Source of the DNA: Nemertoderma westbladi
Taxonomy: Eukaryota; Animalia; Xenacoelomorpha
Assembly (NCBI GenBank): GCA_032718475.1
Contig: JAUCBJ010004934.1
Span: forward strand, 1 to 64,000
DNA length: 64,000 bases
Direction of reading: 5' to 3'
A program made the position numbers and the translations under genes. This document shows, piece after piece, positions 1-11,738 of the stretch; position 1 is the stretch's first letter, and every line of letters starts with the position of its first letter. The notes beneath the pieces were generated by a model that worked only from the letters and a program-made list of their open reading frames with translations, ran no database searches and was not told where the DNA came from.

Positions 1-83
1 ATTATCTCATTCTGCCGAGAGGCGAGAAAACTCGACCACATCTGGCACTTCTCGCTAAAATTATGGGCATCCAACAAAGTGCG
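1..83 (-). CDS. SYNE1: Nesprin-1-like exon, cut by the window edge (RTLLDAHNFSEKCQMWSSFLASRQNEI...)
   Basis: Acceptor tttcatttcag|; open in phase 0 to the edge; resembles recalled nesprin-1 TFLEKCETWMEFL. Confidence 0.8.
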
Positions 84-207
84 CTGAAATGAAATAAAAA
101 AAATTTGAATATCTAACCACTAAAAAGTAAAGTGAAAAAATATGAAGCCCCATTTGTATTTTCTTTCTTGTTGGTCTGTGGCAGTTATAACATTTTTATT
201 TTTTTCT

Positions 208-3200
208 TGTTTGTGTGTCGGTTTTTCTGTGTCTTTTGTTTGTGTGTCGGTTGTTTGTGTATCGGTTGTTTGTGTGTCGGTTGTTTGTGTGTCGGTTGTT
301 TGTGTATCGATTGTTTGTGTCGGTTTTTTTGTGTGTCGGTTGTTTGGGTATCGGTTGTTTGTGTGTCGGTTTTTGTGTGTCGTTTGTTTGTGTGTCGGTT
401 TTTTTGCATGTCCGTTGTTTGTGTGTCGTTTATTTTGTGTGTCGGTTGTTTGTGTGTCGGTTATTTTGTGTGTCGGTTGTTTGTGTATCGGTTGTTTGTG
501 TGTCGGTTGTTTGTGAGTCGGTTGTTTGTGTGTAGGTTGTTTGTGTGTCGGTTGTTTGTGTGTCGGTTTTTTTGTGTCGTTTGTTTGTGTGTCGGTTTTT
601 TTATATGTCGGTTTTTGTGTGTCGGTTATTTTGTGTGTCGGTTGTTTGTGTGTCGGTTATTTTGTGTGTCGGTTGTTTGTGTGTCGGTTGTTTGTGTGTC
701 GGTTGTTTGTGAGTCGGTTGTTTGTGTGTAGGTTGTTTGTGTGTCGGTTTTTGTGTGTCGTTTGTTTGTGTGTCGGTTTTTTTGTGTGTCGGTTGTTTGT
801 GTGTCGGTTATTTTGTGTGTCGGTTGTTTGTGTATCGGTTGTTTGTATGTCGGTTTTTTTGTGTGTCGGTTGTTTGTGTGTCGGTTGTTTGTGTGTCGTT
901 TGTTTGTGTGTCGGTTTTTTTGTGTGTCGGTTGTTTGTGTGTCGGTTGTTTGTGTGTCGGTTGTTTGCGTGTCGGTTGTTTGTGGGTCGGTTGTTTGTGT
1001 GTCGGTTTTTGTGAGTCGTTTGTTTGTGTTGGTTTATTTTGTGTGTCGGTTGTTTGTGTGTCGGTTATTTTGTGTGTCGGTTGTTTGTGTATCGGTTGTT
1101 TGTGAGTCGGTTTTTTTGTGTGTCGGTTGTTTGTGTGTCCTTGTTTGTTTGTCGGTTGTTTGTGAGTCGGTTGTTTGTGTGTCGGTTATTTTGTGTGTCG
1201 GTTGTTTGTGTATCGGTTGTTTGTGAGTCGGTTTTTTTGTGTGTCGGTTATTTTGTGTGTCGGTTGTTTGTGTGTCGGTTATTTTGTGTGTCGGTTGTTT
1301 ATGTATCGGTTGTTTGTGTGTCGGTTGTTTGTGAGTCGGTTGTTTCTGTGTAGGTTGTTTGTGTATCGGTTGTTTGTGAGTCGGTTTTTTTGTGTGTCGG
1401 TTGTTTGTGTATCGGTTGTTTGTGAGTCGGTTTTTTTGTGTGTCGGTTGTTTGTGTGTCCTTGTTTGTTTGTCGGTTGTTTGTGAGTCGGTTGTTTGTGT
1501 GTCGGTTGTTTGTGTGTCGGTTGTTTGTGGGTCGGTTGTTTGTGTGTCGGTTTTTGTGACTCGTTTGTTTGTGTTGGTTTATTTTGTGTGTCGGTTGTTT
1601 GTGTGTCGGTTATTTTGTGTGTCGGTTGTTTGTGTGTCGGTTATTTTGTGTGTCGGTTGTTTGTGTATCGGTTGTTTGTGTGTCGGTTGTTTGTGAGTCG
1701 GTTGTTTCTGTGTAGGTTGTTTGTGTATCGGTTGTTTGTGAGTCGGTTTTTTTGTGTGTCGGTTGTTTGTGTGTCGGTTGTTTGTGTGTCGGTTGTTTGT
1801 GTGTCGGTTGTTTGTGGGTCGGTTGTTTGTGTGTCGGTTTTTGTGAGTCGTTTGTTTGTGTTGGTTTATTTTGTGTGTCGGTTGTTTGTGTGTCGGTTAT
1901 TTTGTGTGTCGGTTGTTTGTGTATCGGTTGTTTGTGAGTCGGTTTTTTTGTGTGTCGGTTGTTTGTGTGTCCTTGTTTGTTTGTCGGTTGTTTGTGAGTC
2001 GGTTGTTTGTGTGTCGTTGTTTGAGTGTCGGTTGTTTGTGTATCGGTTGTTTGTATGTCGGTTTTTTTGTGTGTCGGTTGTTTGTGTGCCGGTTGTTTGT
2101 GTGTCGTTTGTTTGTGTGTCGGTTTTTTTGTGTGTCGGTTGTTTGTGTGTCGGTTGTTTGTGTGTCGGTTGTTTGCGTGTCGGTTGTTTGTGGGTCGGTT
2201 GTTTGTGTGTCGGTTGTTTGTGTGTCCTTGTTTGTTTGTCGGTTGTTTGTGTGTCGGTTGTTTGTGGGTCGGTTGTTTGTGTGTCGGTTGTTTGTGGGTC
2301 GGTTGTTTGTGTGTCGGTTGTTTGTGTGTCGGTTGTTTGTGGGTCGGTTGTTTGTGTGTCGGTTTTTGTGACTCGTTTGTTTGTGTTGGTTTATTTTGTG
2401 TGTCGGTTGTTTGTGTGTCGGTTATTTTGTGTGTCGGTTGTTTGTGTGTCGGTTATTTTGTGTGTCGGTTGTTTGTGTATCGGTTGTTTGTGTGTCGGTT
2501 GTTTGTGAGTCGGTTGTTTGTGTGTAGGTTGTTTGTGTATCGGTTGTTTGTGAGTCGGTTTTTTTGTGTGTCGGTTGTTTGTGTGTAGGTTGTTTGTGTG
2601 TCGGTTGTTTGTGTGTCGGTTGTTTGTGGGTCGGTTGTTTGTGTGTCGGTTTTTGTGAGTCGTTTGTTTGTGTTGGTTTATTTTGTGTGTCGGTTGTTTG
2701 TGTGTCGGTTATTTTGTGTGTCGGTTGTTTGTGTATCGGTTGTTTGTGAGTCGGTTTTTTTGTGTGTCGGTTGTTTGTGTGCCCTTGTTTGTTTGTCGGT
2801 TGTTTGTGAGTCGGTTGTTTGTGTGTCGTTGTTTGAGTGTCGGTTATTTTGTGTGTCGGTTGTTTGTGTATCGGTTGTTTGTGAGTCGGTTTTTTTGTGT
2901 GTCGGTTGTTTGTGTGTCCTTGTTTGTTTGTCGGTTGTTTGTGAGTCGGTTGTTTGTGGGTCGGTTGTTTGTGTGTCGGTTGTTTGTGGGTCGGTTGTTT
3001 GTGTGTCGGTTTTTGTGAGTCGTTTGTTTGTGTTGGTTTATTTTGTGTGTCGGTTGTTTGTGTGTCGGTTATTTTGTGTGTCGGTTGTTTGTGTATCGGT
3101 TGTTTGTGAGTCGGTTTTTTTGTGTGTCGGTTGTTTGTGTGTCCTTGTTTGTTTGTCGGTTGTTTGTGAGTCGGTTGTTTGTGTGTCGTTGTTTGAGTGT

Positions 3201-3397
3201 CGGTTATTTTGTGTGTCGGTTGTTTGTGTATCGGTTGTTTGTGAGTCGGTTTTTTTGTGTGTCGGTTGTTTGTGTGTACTTGTTTGTTTGTCGGTTGTTT
3301 GTGTGTCGGCTGTTTGTGTGTCGTTGTTTGTTTGTCGGTTGTTTGTGAGTCGGTTGTTTGTGTGTCGTTGTTTGTGTGTCGTTGTTTGTGTGTCGGT
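208..3397. repeat. ~15-bp GT-rich minisatellite (TGTGTGTCGGTTGTT), roughly 200 copies, filling almost a whole nesprin intron
   Basis: Periodicity is directly visible, with 14-16 bp variants; it accounts for the CVSVV/CRLFV pseudo-ORFs. Confidence 0.97.
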
Positions 3398-3417
3398 TAA
3401 TTTATTTTCCTACCCAC

Positions 3418-3585
3418 CTGCAATTGTCTGTGCCGGTTGTAACACTCATTGCGGATTTTATTCCACCTATTGTTTATCAAGTGAACTCTACTGATACTCG
3501 AATGTTCCAATATAGTTAACCGGGAACTGTCAGCTGAAACAACATCAAGGTCGCACTGCCTGAGGTTGAAATCACTTAACATCGT
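3418..3585 (-). CDS. SYNE1: Nesprin-1-like exon (TMLSDFNLRQCDLD...INNRWNKI...HRQLQ)
   Basis: Acceptor cttttatag| and donor CAG|GTGGGT; 168 bp, phase 0/0. Confidence 0.85.
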
Positions 3586-3767
3586 CTATAAAAGTAAATA
3601 ACGTAAAGTTACATAAACAGAAAACATAAAGTGTTAATAATCTGGTTAATGATATTATAAAATACTTCCAAAAATAACCAACCTTTTCACAATATAGGAT
3701 AAAATGTCTTAATATTCAAATTATTCAAATATTCAAAATTAGAGGCAATTTTTTTTGTGTCTCTCAC

Positions 3768-3944
3768 CTCAATTGTTCGCAATCTCTCCTTTATGGCCCT
3801 TTGATTGTTTATATCTTTAGGATCGGGGTTCGTTAGAATATCCTCGTTGTTGTCGAGGAATGCCTGCAGCGCTTCTACCTTCTCATCAAACTCATGCTCT
3901 TGTGATTCTTCGAAGTCGAGTTTCGTAACAAACTTAATAACCGC
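3768..3944 (-). CDS. SYNE1: Nesprin-1-like exon (AVIKFVTKLDFEESQEHEFDEKVEALQAFL...ERLRTIE)
   Basis: Acceptor ttccaacag| and donor GAG|GTGAGA; 177 bp, phase 0/0. Confidence 0.88.
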
Positions 3945-4116
3945 CTGTTGGAAGTATTGAAATAATAAATTATTAATTACGTTAAACACAATTATAAACA
4001 AAAAAAATCAATCTAATAAATGGGAGAATCTTTTAGGCTCATTTCGCAATAAAATTTCCCAAGTTACCTTGGTTGCCATTTTTATCAAAAAGTCAACAAT
4101 AAAATTTTGTTGGCAG

Positions 4117-7100
4117 AGATAGGCACAGATAGCAACCAGTTTGATACAAGTTCTTTACATAAGGTAAGTAAGTACCCGAGAGAGGCATAGAAAGCAACCA
4201 GTTTGCTACAAGTTCTTTACAGAAGGTAAGTAAGTAGGCCTACTCGAGAGAGGCATAGAAAGCTACCAGTTTGCTACAAGTTCTTTACAGAAGGTAAGTA
4301 AGTACCCGAGAGAGGCATAGAAAGCTACCAGTTTGCTACAAGTTCACTACAGAAGATAAGTAAGTACCCGAGAGAGGCATAGAAAGCTACCAGTTTGCTA
4401 CAAGTTCTTTACAGAAGGTAAGTAAGTACCCGAGAGAGGCATAGAAAGCTACCAGTTTGCTACAAGTTCTTTATACAGAAGGTAAGTAAGTAGGCCTACT
4501 CGAGAGAGGCATAGAAAGCTACCAGTTTGCTACAAGTTCTTTACAGAAGGTAAGTAAGTACCCGAGAGAGGCATAGAAAGCTACCAGTTTGCTACAAGTT
4601 CTTTACAGAAGGTAAGTAAGTACCCGAGAGAGGCATAGAAAGCTACCAGTTTGCTACAAGTTCTTTACAGAAGGTAAGTAACTACCCGAGAGAGGCATAG
4701 GAAGCTACCAGTTTGCTACAATTTCACTACAGAAGGTAATTAAGTACCCGAGAGAGGCATATAAAGCTACCAGTTTGCTACAAGTTCACTACAGAAGGTA
4801 AGTAAATACCCGAGAGAGGTATAGAAAGCTACCAGTTTGCTACAAGTTCTTTACAGAAGGTAAGTAAGTACCCGAGAGAGGCATAGAAAGCAACCAGTTT
4901 GCTACAAGTTCACTACAGAATGTAAGTAAGTACCCGGGAGAGGCATAGAAAGCTACCAGTTTGCTACAAGTTCATTACAGAAGGTAAGTAAGTACCCGAG
5001 AGAGGCATAGAAAGCTACCAGTTTGCTACAAGTTCTTTACAGATGGTAAGTAAGTACCCGAGAGAGGCATAGAAAGCTACCAGTTTGCTACAAGTTCATT
5101 ACAGAAGGTAAGTAAGTACCCGAGAGAGGCATAGAAAGCTACCAGTTTGCTACAAGTTCTTTACAGAAGGTAAGTAAGTACCCGAGAGAGGCATAGAAAG
5201 CTACCAGTTTGTTACAAGTTCTTTACAGAAGGTAAGTAAGTACCCGAGAGAGGCATAGAAAGCTACCAGTTTGCTACAAGATATTTATACAGAAGGTAAG
5301 TAAGTACCCGAGAGAGGCATAGAAAGCTACCAGTCTGCTACAAGTTATCTACAGAAGGTAAGTAAGTACCCGAGGAAGGTATAGAAAGCTACCAGTCTGC
5401 TACAAGTTATCTACAGAAGGTAAGTAAGTACCCGAGAGAGGCATATAAAGCTACCAGTTTGCTACAATTTTTTTACAGAAGGTAAGTAAGTACCCGAGTA
5501 AGGCATATAAAGCTACCAGTTTGCTACAAGCTCTTTATACAGAAGGTAAGTAAGTACCCGAGAGAGGCATAGAAAGCTACCAGTTTGCTACAATTTTTTT
5601 TTATAGAAGGTAAGTAAGTACCCGAGAGAGGCATAGAAAGCTACCAGTTTGCTACAAGTTCTTTACAGAAGGTAAGTAAGTACCCGAGAGAGGCATAGAA
5701 AGCTACCAGTTTGCTACAAGTTCTTTACAGAAGGTAAGTAAGTACCCGAGAGAGGCATAGAAAGCTACCAGTTTGCTACAAGTTCTTTACAGAAGGTAAG
5801 TAAGTACCCGAGTAAGGCATATAAAGCTACCAGTTTGCTACAAGCTCTTTATACAGAAGGTAAGTAAGTACCCGAGAGAGGCATAGAAAGCTACCAGTTT
5901 GCTACAATTTTTTTTATAGAAGGTAAGTAAGTACCCGAGAGAGGCATAGAAAGCTACCAGTTTGCTACAAGTTCTTTACAGAAGGTAAGTAAGTACCCGA
6001 GAGAGGCATAGAAAGCTACCAGTTTGCTACAAGTTCTTTACAGAAGGTAAGTAAGTACCCGAGAGAGGCATAGAAAGCTACCAGCTTGCTACAAGTTCAC
6101 TACAGAAGGTAAGTAAGTACCCGAGAGAGGCATAGAAAGCTACCAGTTCGCTACAAGTTATCTACAGAAGGTAAGTAAGTACCCGAGTAAGGCATATAAA
6201 GCTACCAGTTTGCTACAAGCTCTTTATACAGAAGGTAAGTAAGTACCCGAGAGAGGTATAGAAAGCTACCAGTTCGCTACAAGTTCTTTACAGAAGGTAA
6301 GTAAGTACCCGAGAGAGGCATAGAAAGCTACCAGTTTGCTACAAGTTCTTTACAGAATGTAAGTAAGTACCCGAGTAAGGCATATAAAGCTACCAGTTTG
6401 CTACAAGCTCTTTATACAGAAGGTAAGTAAGTACCCGAGAGAGGCATAGAAAGCTACCAGTTTGCTACAATTTTTTTTATAGAAGGTAAGTAAGTACCCG
6501 AGAGAGGCATAGAAAGCAACCAGTTTGCTACAAGTTCTTTACAGAAGGTAAGTAAGTACCCGAGAGGGGCATAGAAAGCTACCAGTTTGCTACAATTTTT
6601 TTTATAGAAGGTAAGTAAGTACCCGAGAAAGGCATAGAAAGCTACCAGTTTGCTACAAGTTCTTTACAGAAGGTAAGTAAGTACCCGAGAGAGGCATAGA
6701 TAGAAAGCTACCAGTTTGCTACAAGTTCTTTACAGAAGGTAAGTAAGTACCCGAGAGAGGCATAGAAAGCTACCAGTTTGCTACAAGTTCTTTACAGAAG
6801 GTAAGTAAGTACCCGAGAGAGGCATAGAAAGCTACCAGTTTGCTACAAGTTCTTTACAGAAGGTAAGTAAGTACCCGAGAGAGGCATAGAAAGCTACCAG
6901 TTTGCTACAAGCTCTTTATACAGAAGGTAAGTAAGTACCCGAGAGAGGCATAGAAAGCTACAAGCTCTTTATACAGAAGGTAAGTAAGTACCCGAGAGAG
7001 GCATAGAAAGCTACCAGTTATCTACAAGTTCTTTATACAGAAGGTAAGTAAGTACCCGAGTAAGGTATATAGAAAGCTACCAGTCTGCTACAAGTTATCT

Positions 7101-7170
7101 ACAGAAGGTTTTTTTACAGAAGATAAGTAAGTACCCGAGTAAGGCATATAAAGCTACCAGTTTGCTACAA
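4117..7170. repeat. 62-bp minisatellite, ~49 copies, nearly all units containing TACAGAAG-GTAAGTAAGT
   Basis: Unit GAGAGAGGCATAGAAAGCTACCAGTTTGCTACAAGTTCTTTACAGAAGGTAAGTAAGTACCC; register shifts 2 bp per 60-bp line. Confidence 0.97.
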
Positions 7171-8751
7171 CATTTAACTGCAATTTGCGTGCGAGATTTC
7201 AGTATCAGATGTGGGGCAAGCCACGAAAATAAGTGAGTTTAGCATACGGGTACCACTAACTCAATCAGTGTGTCTGTTGTTCTGTCGTGTCCAATTTTAA
7301 ACGTTAATAATTCAGCCAACCTCAATTAGATGAAACCAAGGTACACATGTTGTTTGGAAAAAGTTCGGAAATTTTCTAAGTATAATTTAGGTGTGGCCTT
7401 CAAAAAGCAGTTAAATTAGTTAATTACGGTTAAAAAACGGCGTTTTCATCGTGTCATTTAGTGAGAATTAATTATTTTCTACTAAGATTAAATTAATTGC
7501 ATTTAAACATTATACAACTGGAATCCTCATACCTAATTACATTATAGTTATTAATTAGTTGAAGTCTTGAAGTGATTTACTTTAAGGGATGTGTTTTTAA
7601 TAAATCTAAAAACATAGTTAACAAGTTAAAATACCGCATGAATTTTAACATCGATTTTTAACGCTTTTTTGAAACGCTTGACATAAGTTAAATATAACCA
7701 TTATTGTATAGAAAATCAAAAAAGCCAGATTGACGTAATTTACTCACATTAATATTTATTACAACTATGTCCCGGAATATTACACAGTTAGTATCGTAAT
7801 TCAGTTACATAAACCCCCACCCACAAATTAACTACCAAACTTAATGAGTTCATACAGGTGTATTATAGCGTTACCGGTACAGGTACTGAAATAAGTAGGT
7901 ATGTTGCTTGTACTGCAGTACAGCGATAATTGATACACGATAATTGAATGTGGTTGATTCTATTGGTTGTCTGGCTCCTGGCTTAGTTTGCTGGAGTAAC
8001 CATGGCCTACGAGTAAGCAGTAAGCCTGAAAGTGAAACAAAAGTATAGTAGGTCCGTAATGGTAGTCATTGGGAGAACACATTGGGAATATTCATTCCAG
8101 AACATGTATTATTATTTAACATGGAGTATACCATGCATAGTTAACCAGTATGGCACAAGCAAGGAGTAACATTCCCTGCAATAATGCCACCAACTCAATA
8201 ATCAAAGAAGGTTTACAAGGGAATTTAGTTTGTTTTGCGAATTTGTTGTTGTAGGGTAATGTACACAAGGAAGGAGTCAGACATTATCTGCGAAGTTTAT
8301 GTACTATATAATCAAAAAGGACATATACTGTTACTAACTGGCTGCAGTGGAAAAAGCAGAAAGACCACTCAGCCACTTTAAATTGGAAATACTGTAGGTG
8401 GTAATTTGGTTTGATAAATTCTAAATATTGAACCATTGAAACAGTTATAATACGGAATAGTCTTTAGAGTTACCTTTTTCCATTGAAACAGGTTAAGAAA
8501 TATTTTTAATATTGTGTTAATGAGACTATATTCTATTTTGTAATATTTTAAAAAGTGAAATCGTTATGGTTTGCATTGATTGCGTTTAGTTAGTGTTGTT
8601 ACTTCTTATCAATACCAAACAATGTTCAACCTTGAGAGTTAAAGTGGTGCTCCCCCAACCTTATATGTAACTCCCAGCCAACAGATGGATATTTCTGGTA
8701 GCCCCAGGTGACTGTACGTGCTTCTTTGATGTTCACCGACAACTTTCACTC

Positions 8752-8824
8752 GCGGTGATAGCTCAGTTGGGAGAGCGCTAGACTGAAGATCTAGAGGTCC
8801 CTGGTTCGATCCCGGGTCACCGCA
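8752..8824 (+). tRNA. tRNA-Phe (GAA)
   Basis: 73 nt; acceptor stem GCGGTGA/TCACCGC; anticodon arm CTAGA-CTGAAGA-TCTAG; A box TAGCTCAGTTGG and B box GGTTCGATCCC; TTTTT follows immediately. Confidence 0.96.
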
Positions 8825-8829
8825 TTTTT
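8825..8829 (+). terminator. Pol III T-run terminator of tRNA-Phe
   Basis: TTTTT directly after the discriminator A. Confidence 0.75.
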
Positions 8830-9105
8830 ATTTACCCTGATCCTAATAAATTTCCACCTTTTTCATTAATAATTTATTTTTCAATTTTCCATTTACCTAA
8901 ATTTCTTCGATTTTTTTTCTCCTTCATCGTGTTTGTACTCTGGTTTCATCTTAGAGATGCGATATCCGGTCGAGGGTTTTATTGATACCGCGTGGTGAAT
9001 ATTATGAAGATGTTATAATTAACATGAACCATAGTGCAGCATGCCCCGGAATATTGTCTCGTAATTCACGTACCTGCTGAAAATCCAACCCAGGGTTGGG
9101 CTAGA

Positions 9106-9161
9106 CTGCAGCATTTAAAGAACCGAGCCCAAACAGTGCTGCCCCATCTAGGGATCGAACC
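9106..9161 (-). mobile_element. 5'-truncated copy of the same SINE-like family
   Basis: Reverse complement GGTTCGATCCCTAGATGGGGCAGCACTGTTTGGGCTCGGTTCTTTAAATGCTGCAG closely matches ~16767-16823. Confidence 0.6.
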
Positions 9162-9178
9162 TGTGATTATTACCTCAC

Positions 9179-9325
9179 CTGCTTAAGATTGGCAGCTTTC
9201 TGCAGCAGCATCCTCTGTTGTGACGTCACAGTAATCATTGTCGGATTGTCCATATGAGCCGTGAGATGGGTGGACAGGTCCATCATGGTGGAACAGTCGA
9301 AATTTGTTAACTCTTGGTGCAACTC
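9179..9325 (-). CDS. SYNE1: Nesprin-1-like exon (ELHQELTNFDC...KAANLKQ)
   Basis: Acceptor ttttatccag| and donor CAG|GTGAGG; 147 bp open, phase 0/0. Confidence 0.82.
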
Positions 9326-9491
9326 CTGGATAAAATGACACGAAATGAAATTGTTATCACGACGGGAAGAAAAAAACTAATATGTAAAGTTGTATGCATT
9401 GAACGAACTGAATAACGCCTATAAAACTCATAAAGATTTGACTTGACCTCATCAAAACTCATAAAACATTTTTAGAGCAATCACCGCTTAC

Positions 9492-9693
9492 CTTTAGACT
9501 CATCAAGGCCTCCGCCCGTCTCCAACCCACGTCCCGCACCTCCGTCTCTCTCTCCAACCGCACCCAGTCTCTCTCCCGGTCATCCAACCACGAGGCTATC
9601 TCCACTAACTCCTCGTTGTAATCCCGCCATACACCCAATATCCGACCCAGTTGGTCTGTTCGTTCGGACATCGACTCGGAGACAGTTCTCCAC
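9492..9693 (-). CDS. SYNE1: Nesprin-1-like exon (WRTVSESMSERTDQLGRILGVWRDYNEEL...LMSLK)
   Basis: Acceptor atcacgaag| and donor AAG|GTAAGC; phase 2 in, phase 0 out. Confidence 0.85.
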
Positions 9694-10072
9694 CTTCGTG
9701 ATATACAGAAACATTATATATTTGAGACTCAAAGTGGGGCAAAACAGGTCTTTAGAATGCCTTGCCCACGACCAGCTTACATATATTACATGATCATGAT
9801 CAAGTTTAATCTGTTGTACATATATCGGGAACATTCGTCCAAAAGGTTGTAAGTGACATTTTGGCCCAAAAAGTGCTTATATGAAAGTGTAGATAATTTT
9901 ATTGCGCATTTTATTTGCCAAAAACCGCTACGTGGCATTGTGAATTTACACAAAATACATATTATTTACACAAAATATTATTTTGTGTAAATAATTATTT
10001 TCAGACATGTATGTATGATTGTTGTCTATCTAAAAAATATATTAACTAGAATTTGATCAATGTGTAACTAAC

Positions 10073-10206
10073 CGCTGTTGAATGGTTGCTAAGGTGTGAC
10101 GCAATGATGACGCAACACTGTCTTCGCAGATAGAACTCAATTGATCCGCTAGGTGCGTAACTTTATGCAGACCGCGACCCAAACGATCGAATTCTTCTTG
10201 TAAGTT
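10073..10206 (-). CDS. SYNE1: Nesprin-1-like exon (NLQEEFDRLGRGLHKVTHLADQL...TIQQR)
   Basis: Acceptor cttctctatag| and donor CG|GTTAGT; phase 0 in, phase 2 out. Confidence 0.85.
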
Positions 10207-10222
10207 CTATAGAGAAGTTTTT

Positions 10223-10350
10223 TGAATTAATTGAATTGAATGGAATTGAATTAATTGAATTGAATGGAATTGAATTAATTGAATTGAATGGAATTGAATT
10301 AATTGAATTTGAATCAAAATTGAATTGAATTGAATCAATTGAATTAATTA
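10223..10350. repeat. GAATT-based short tandem repeat (24-bp superunit) next to a nesprin 3' splice site
   Basis: GAATTAATTGAATTGAATGGAATT repeated about three times, then degenerating. Confidence 0.85.
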
Positions 10351-10752
10351 ATTATTTAAGTAACAAACTGTAGTTAATAAACCTGTCTGTTTTATACGGA
10401 TTTAGCGCTCATTGGTAAAATATAAATTTATCAATATCAATTTATATTATTCGGAATAATTTAACGCAAAGTTACTGTATAATTAGGCCCTAATATTGTA
10501 AAGGAGAATTTCGGTGATACATATAAATACTCTAGTGTGGAAGTTAGATTAGAAAGAAATAGTTTCACAGCATATCAGATATTTAAAGCATTTGAATTAA
10601 ATCGATTCCCAACCGGTAACCAATCTAGCTGGAAAACATCATAGATCATCAGTAGGTAATTAACAATCTTGTCACAGCTGGGGAAACCATCTAGTGGGGC
10701 GAGCCAGTTGGCGAGTTTAGTAAGATAAGAAGAGCACGAAATAACTTTACAG

Positions 10753-10860
10753 GCTTACAAGCCTGCTTACAAGCCTGCTTACAAGCCTGCTTACAAGCCT
10801 GCTTACAAGCCTGCTTACAAGCCTGCTTACAAGCCCGCTTACAAGCCTGCTTACAAGCCC
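10753..10860. repeat. 12-bp tandem repeat (GCTTACAAGCCT) x9
   Basis: Directly visible; the first unit sits in the hairpin AGGCTT-AC-AAGCCT. Confidence 0.93.
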
Positions 10861-11106
10861 CCAACACAATAATATGTAGGATACGCTACTATTCGTCCGA
10901 ATACCTTATATTAATGGGGTGAATTTGTCCAGAACCGAATTATTCGGACCTGAATTGTTACTACTTACTTTAATAAAATACTAAAGAGACCATTAACCCT
11001 CTACAATAACAATATAATAAAGCTACAAACCGATAATAATATGAGAACGTCCTTCTAGAGTTTACTAGCTAATAATTTATTTATATTTATTACAGTTGTT
11101 ACTAAC

Positions 11107-11268
11107 CTGGAATCGAGTGAGTTGCGTTTTAAAGGAATCCAGAGTTCCATTTACCGAACAGAATTTATTGAGCGCTCGTTCCGTCTCATTGAGACATTGT
11201 TTCACCTTCCCGAGGGCCTCGTGGTAACTCCGCCATTGAATTAGGGCTGATTTCAATTGCGATTCGGC
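11107..11268 (-). CDS. SYNE1: Nesprin-1-like exon (AESQLKSALIQWRSYHEAL...QLTRFQ)
   Basis: Acceptor tattttacag| and donor CAG|GTTAGT; 162 bp, phase 0/0. Confidence 0.88.
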
Positions 11269-11553
11269 CTGTAAAATAACAGTAATGAAAAATAATTGAA
11301 CTTTCAAATGAATTTTAAAAGATAATCACGATTCAGTTTTTCCTACATTTCTTACAATAAAGGTTTATAAGTTCATGAGAGGCGAGCCGCACCAATGCAG
11401 TATTCATTGTCACTTTCGGGCGAATCTATTAACTACTTACAAACATTTTACAAATTAAATTAAAGTACAATACATTCTACCGGACTAAACTGTACAAGAA
11501 AGGGAATAGTAGTGGCCTGCCTAGGAATGTATGAATGAGCCAAAACTCAGTTT

Positions 11554-11566
11554 GTTGCTTAGCAAC
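11554..11566 (+). promoter_or_regulatory. RFX X-box motif upstream of DZIP1
   Basis: Near-palindrome GTTGCTTAGCAAC about 170 bp before the ATG. X-boxes are established promoter elements of ciliary genes. Confidence 0.7.
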
Positions 11567-11738
11567 CCCAACAAACAATGTGAGTAGCTATTACAGCATT
11601 ATAAGAAATCACTGATATAAATCTACCGGTACCGGTAGGCTGTGAAGCAGTGGAGAACATATATAATTTATAAAAGTACGGGAAGTTTTGGGAATTATAT
11701 GGGCTTATAATTTATCGTTGTTGGTGACGCAACCAAAG

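Noticed and set aside
132-3494. Cys/Val-rich ORFs (CVSVV, CRLFV, CVGCL)
   Set aside because: Translations of a 15-bp minisatellite that is open in several frames and has many frameshifting indels; it lies within a nesprin intron.
7200-8700. Possible extra exon or transposon between the 62-bp array and the tRNA
   Set aside because: No convincing ORF, splice pair or terminal repeats; the flanking nesprin exons already join in frame.
11688-11738. TTG-initiated N-terminal extension of DZIP1 in the ORF track
   Set aside because: This is a eukaryotic gene; the first in-frame ATG at 11739 is the more plausible start.
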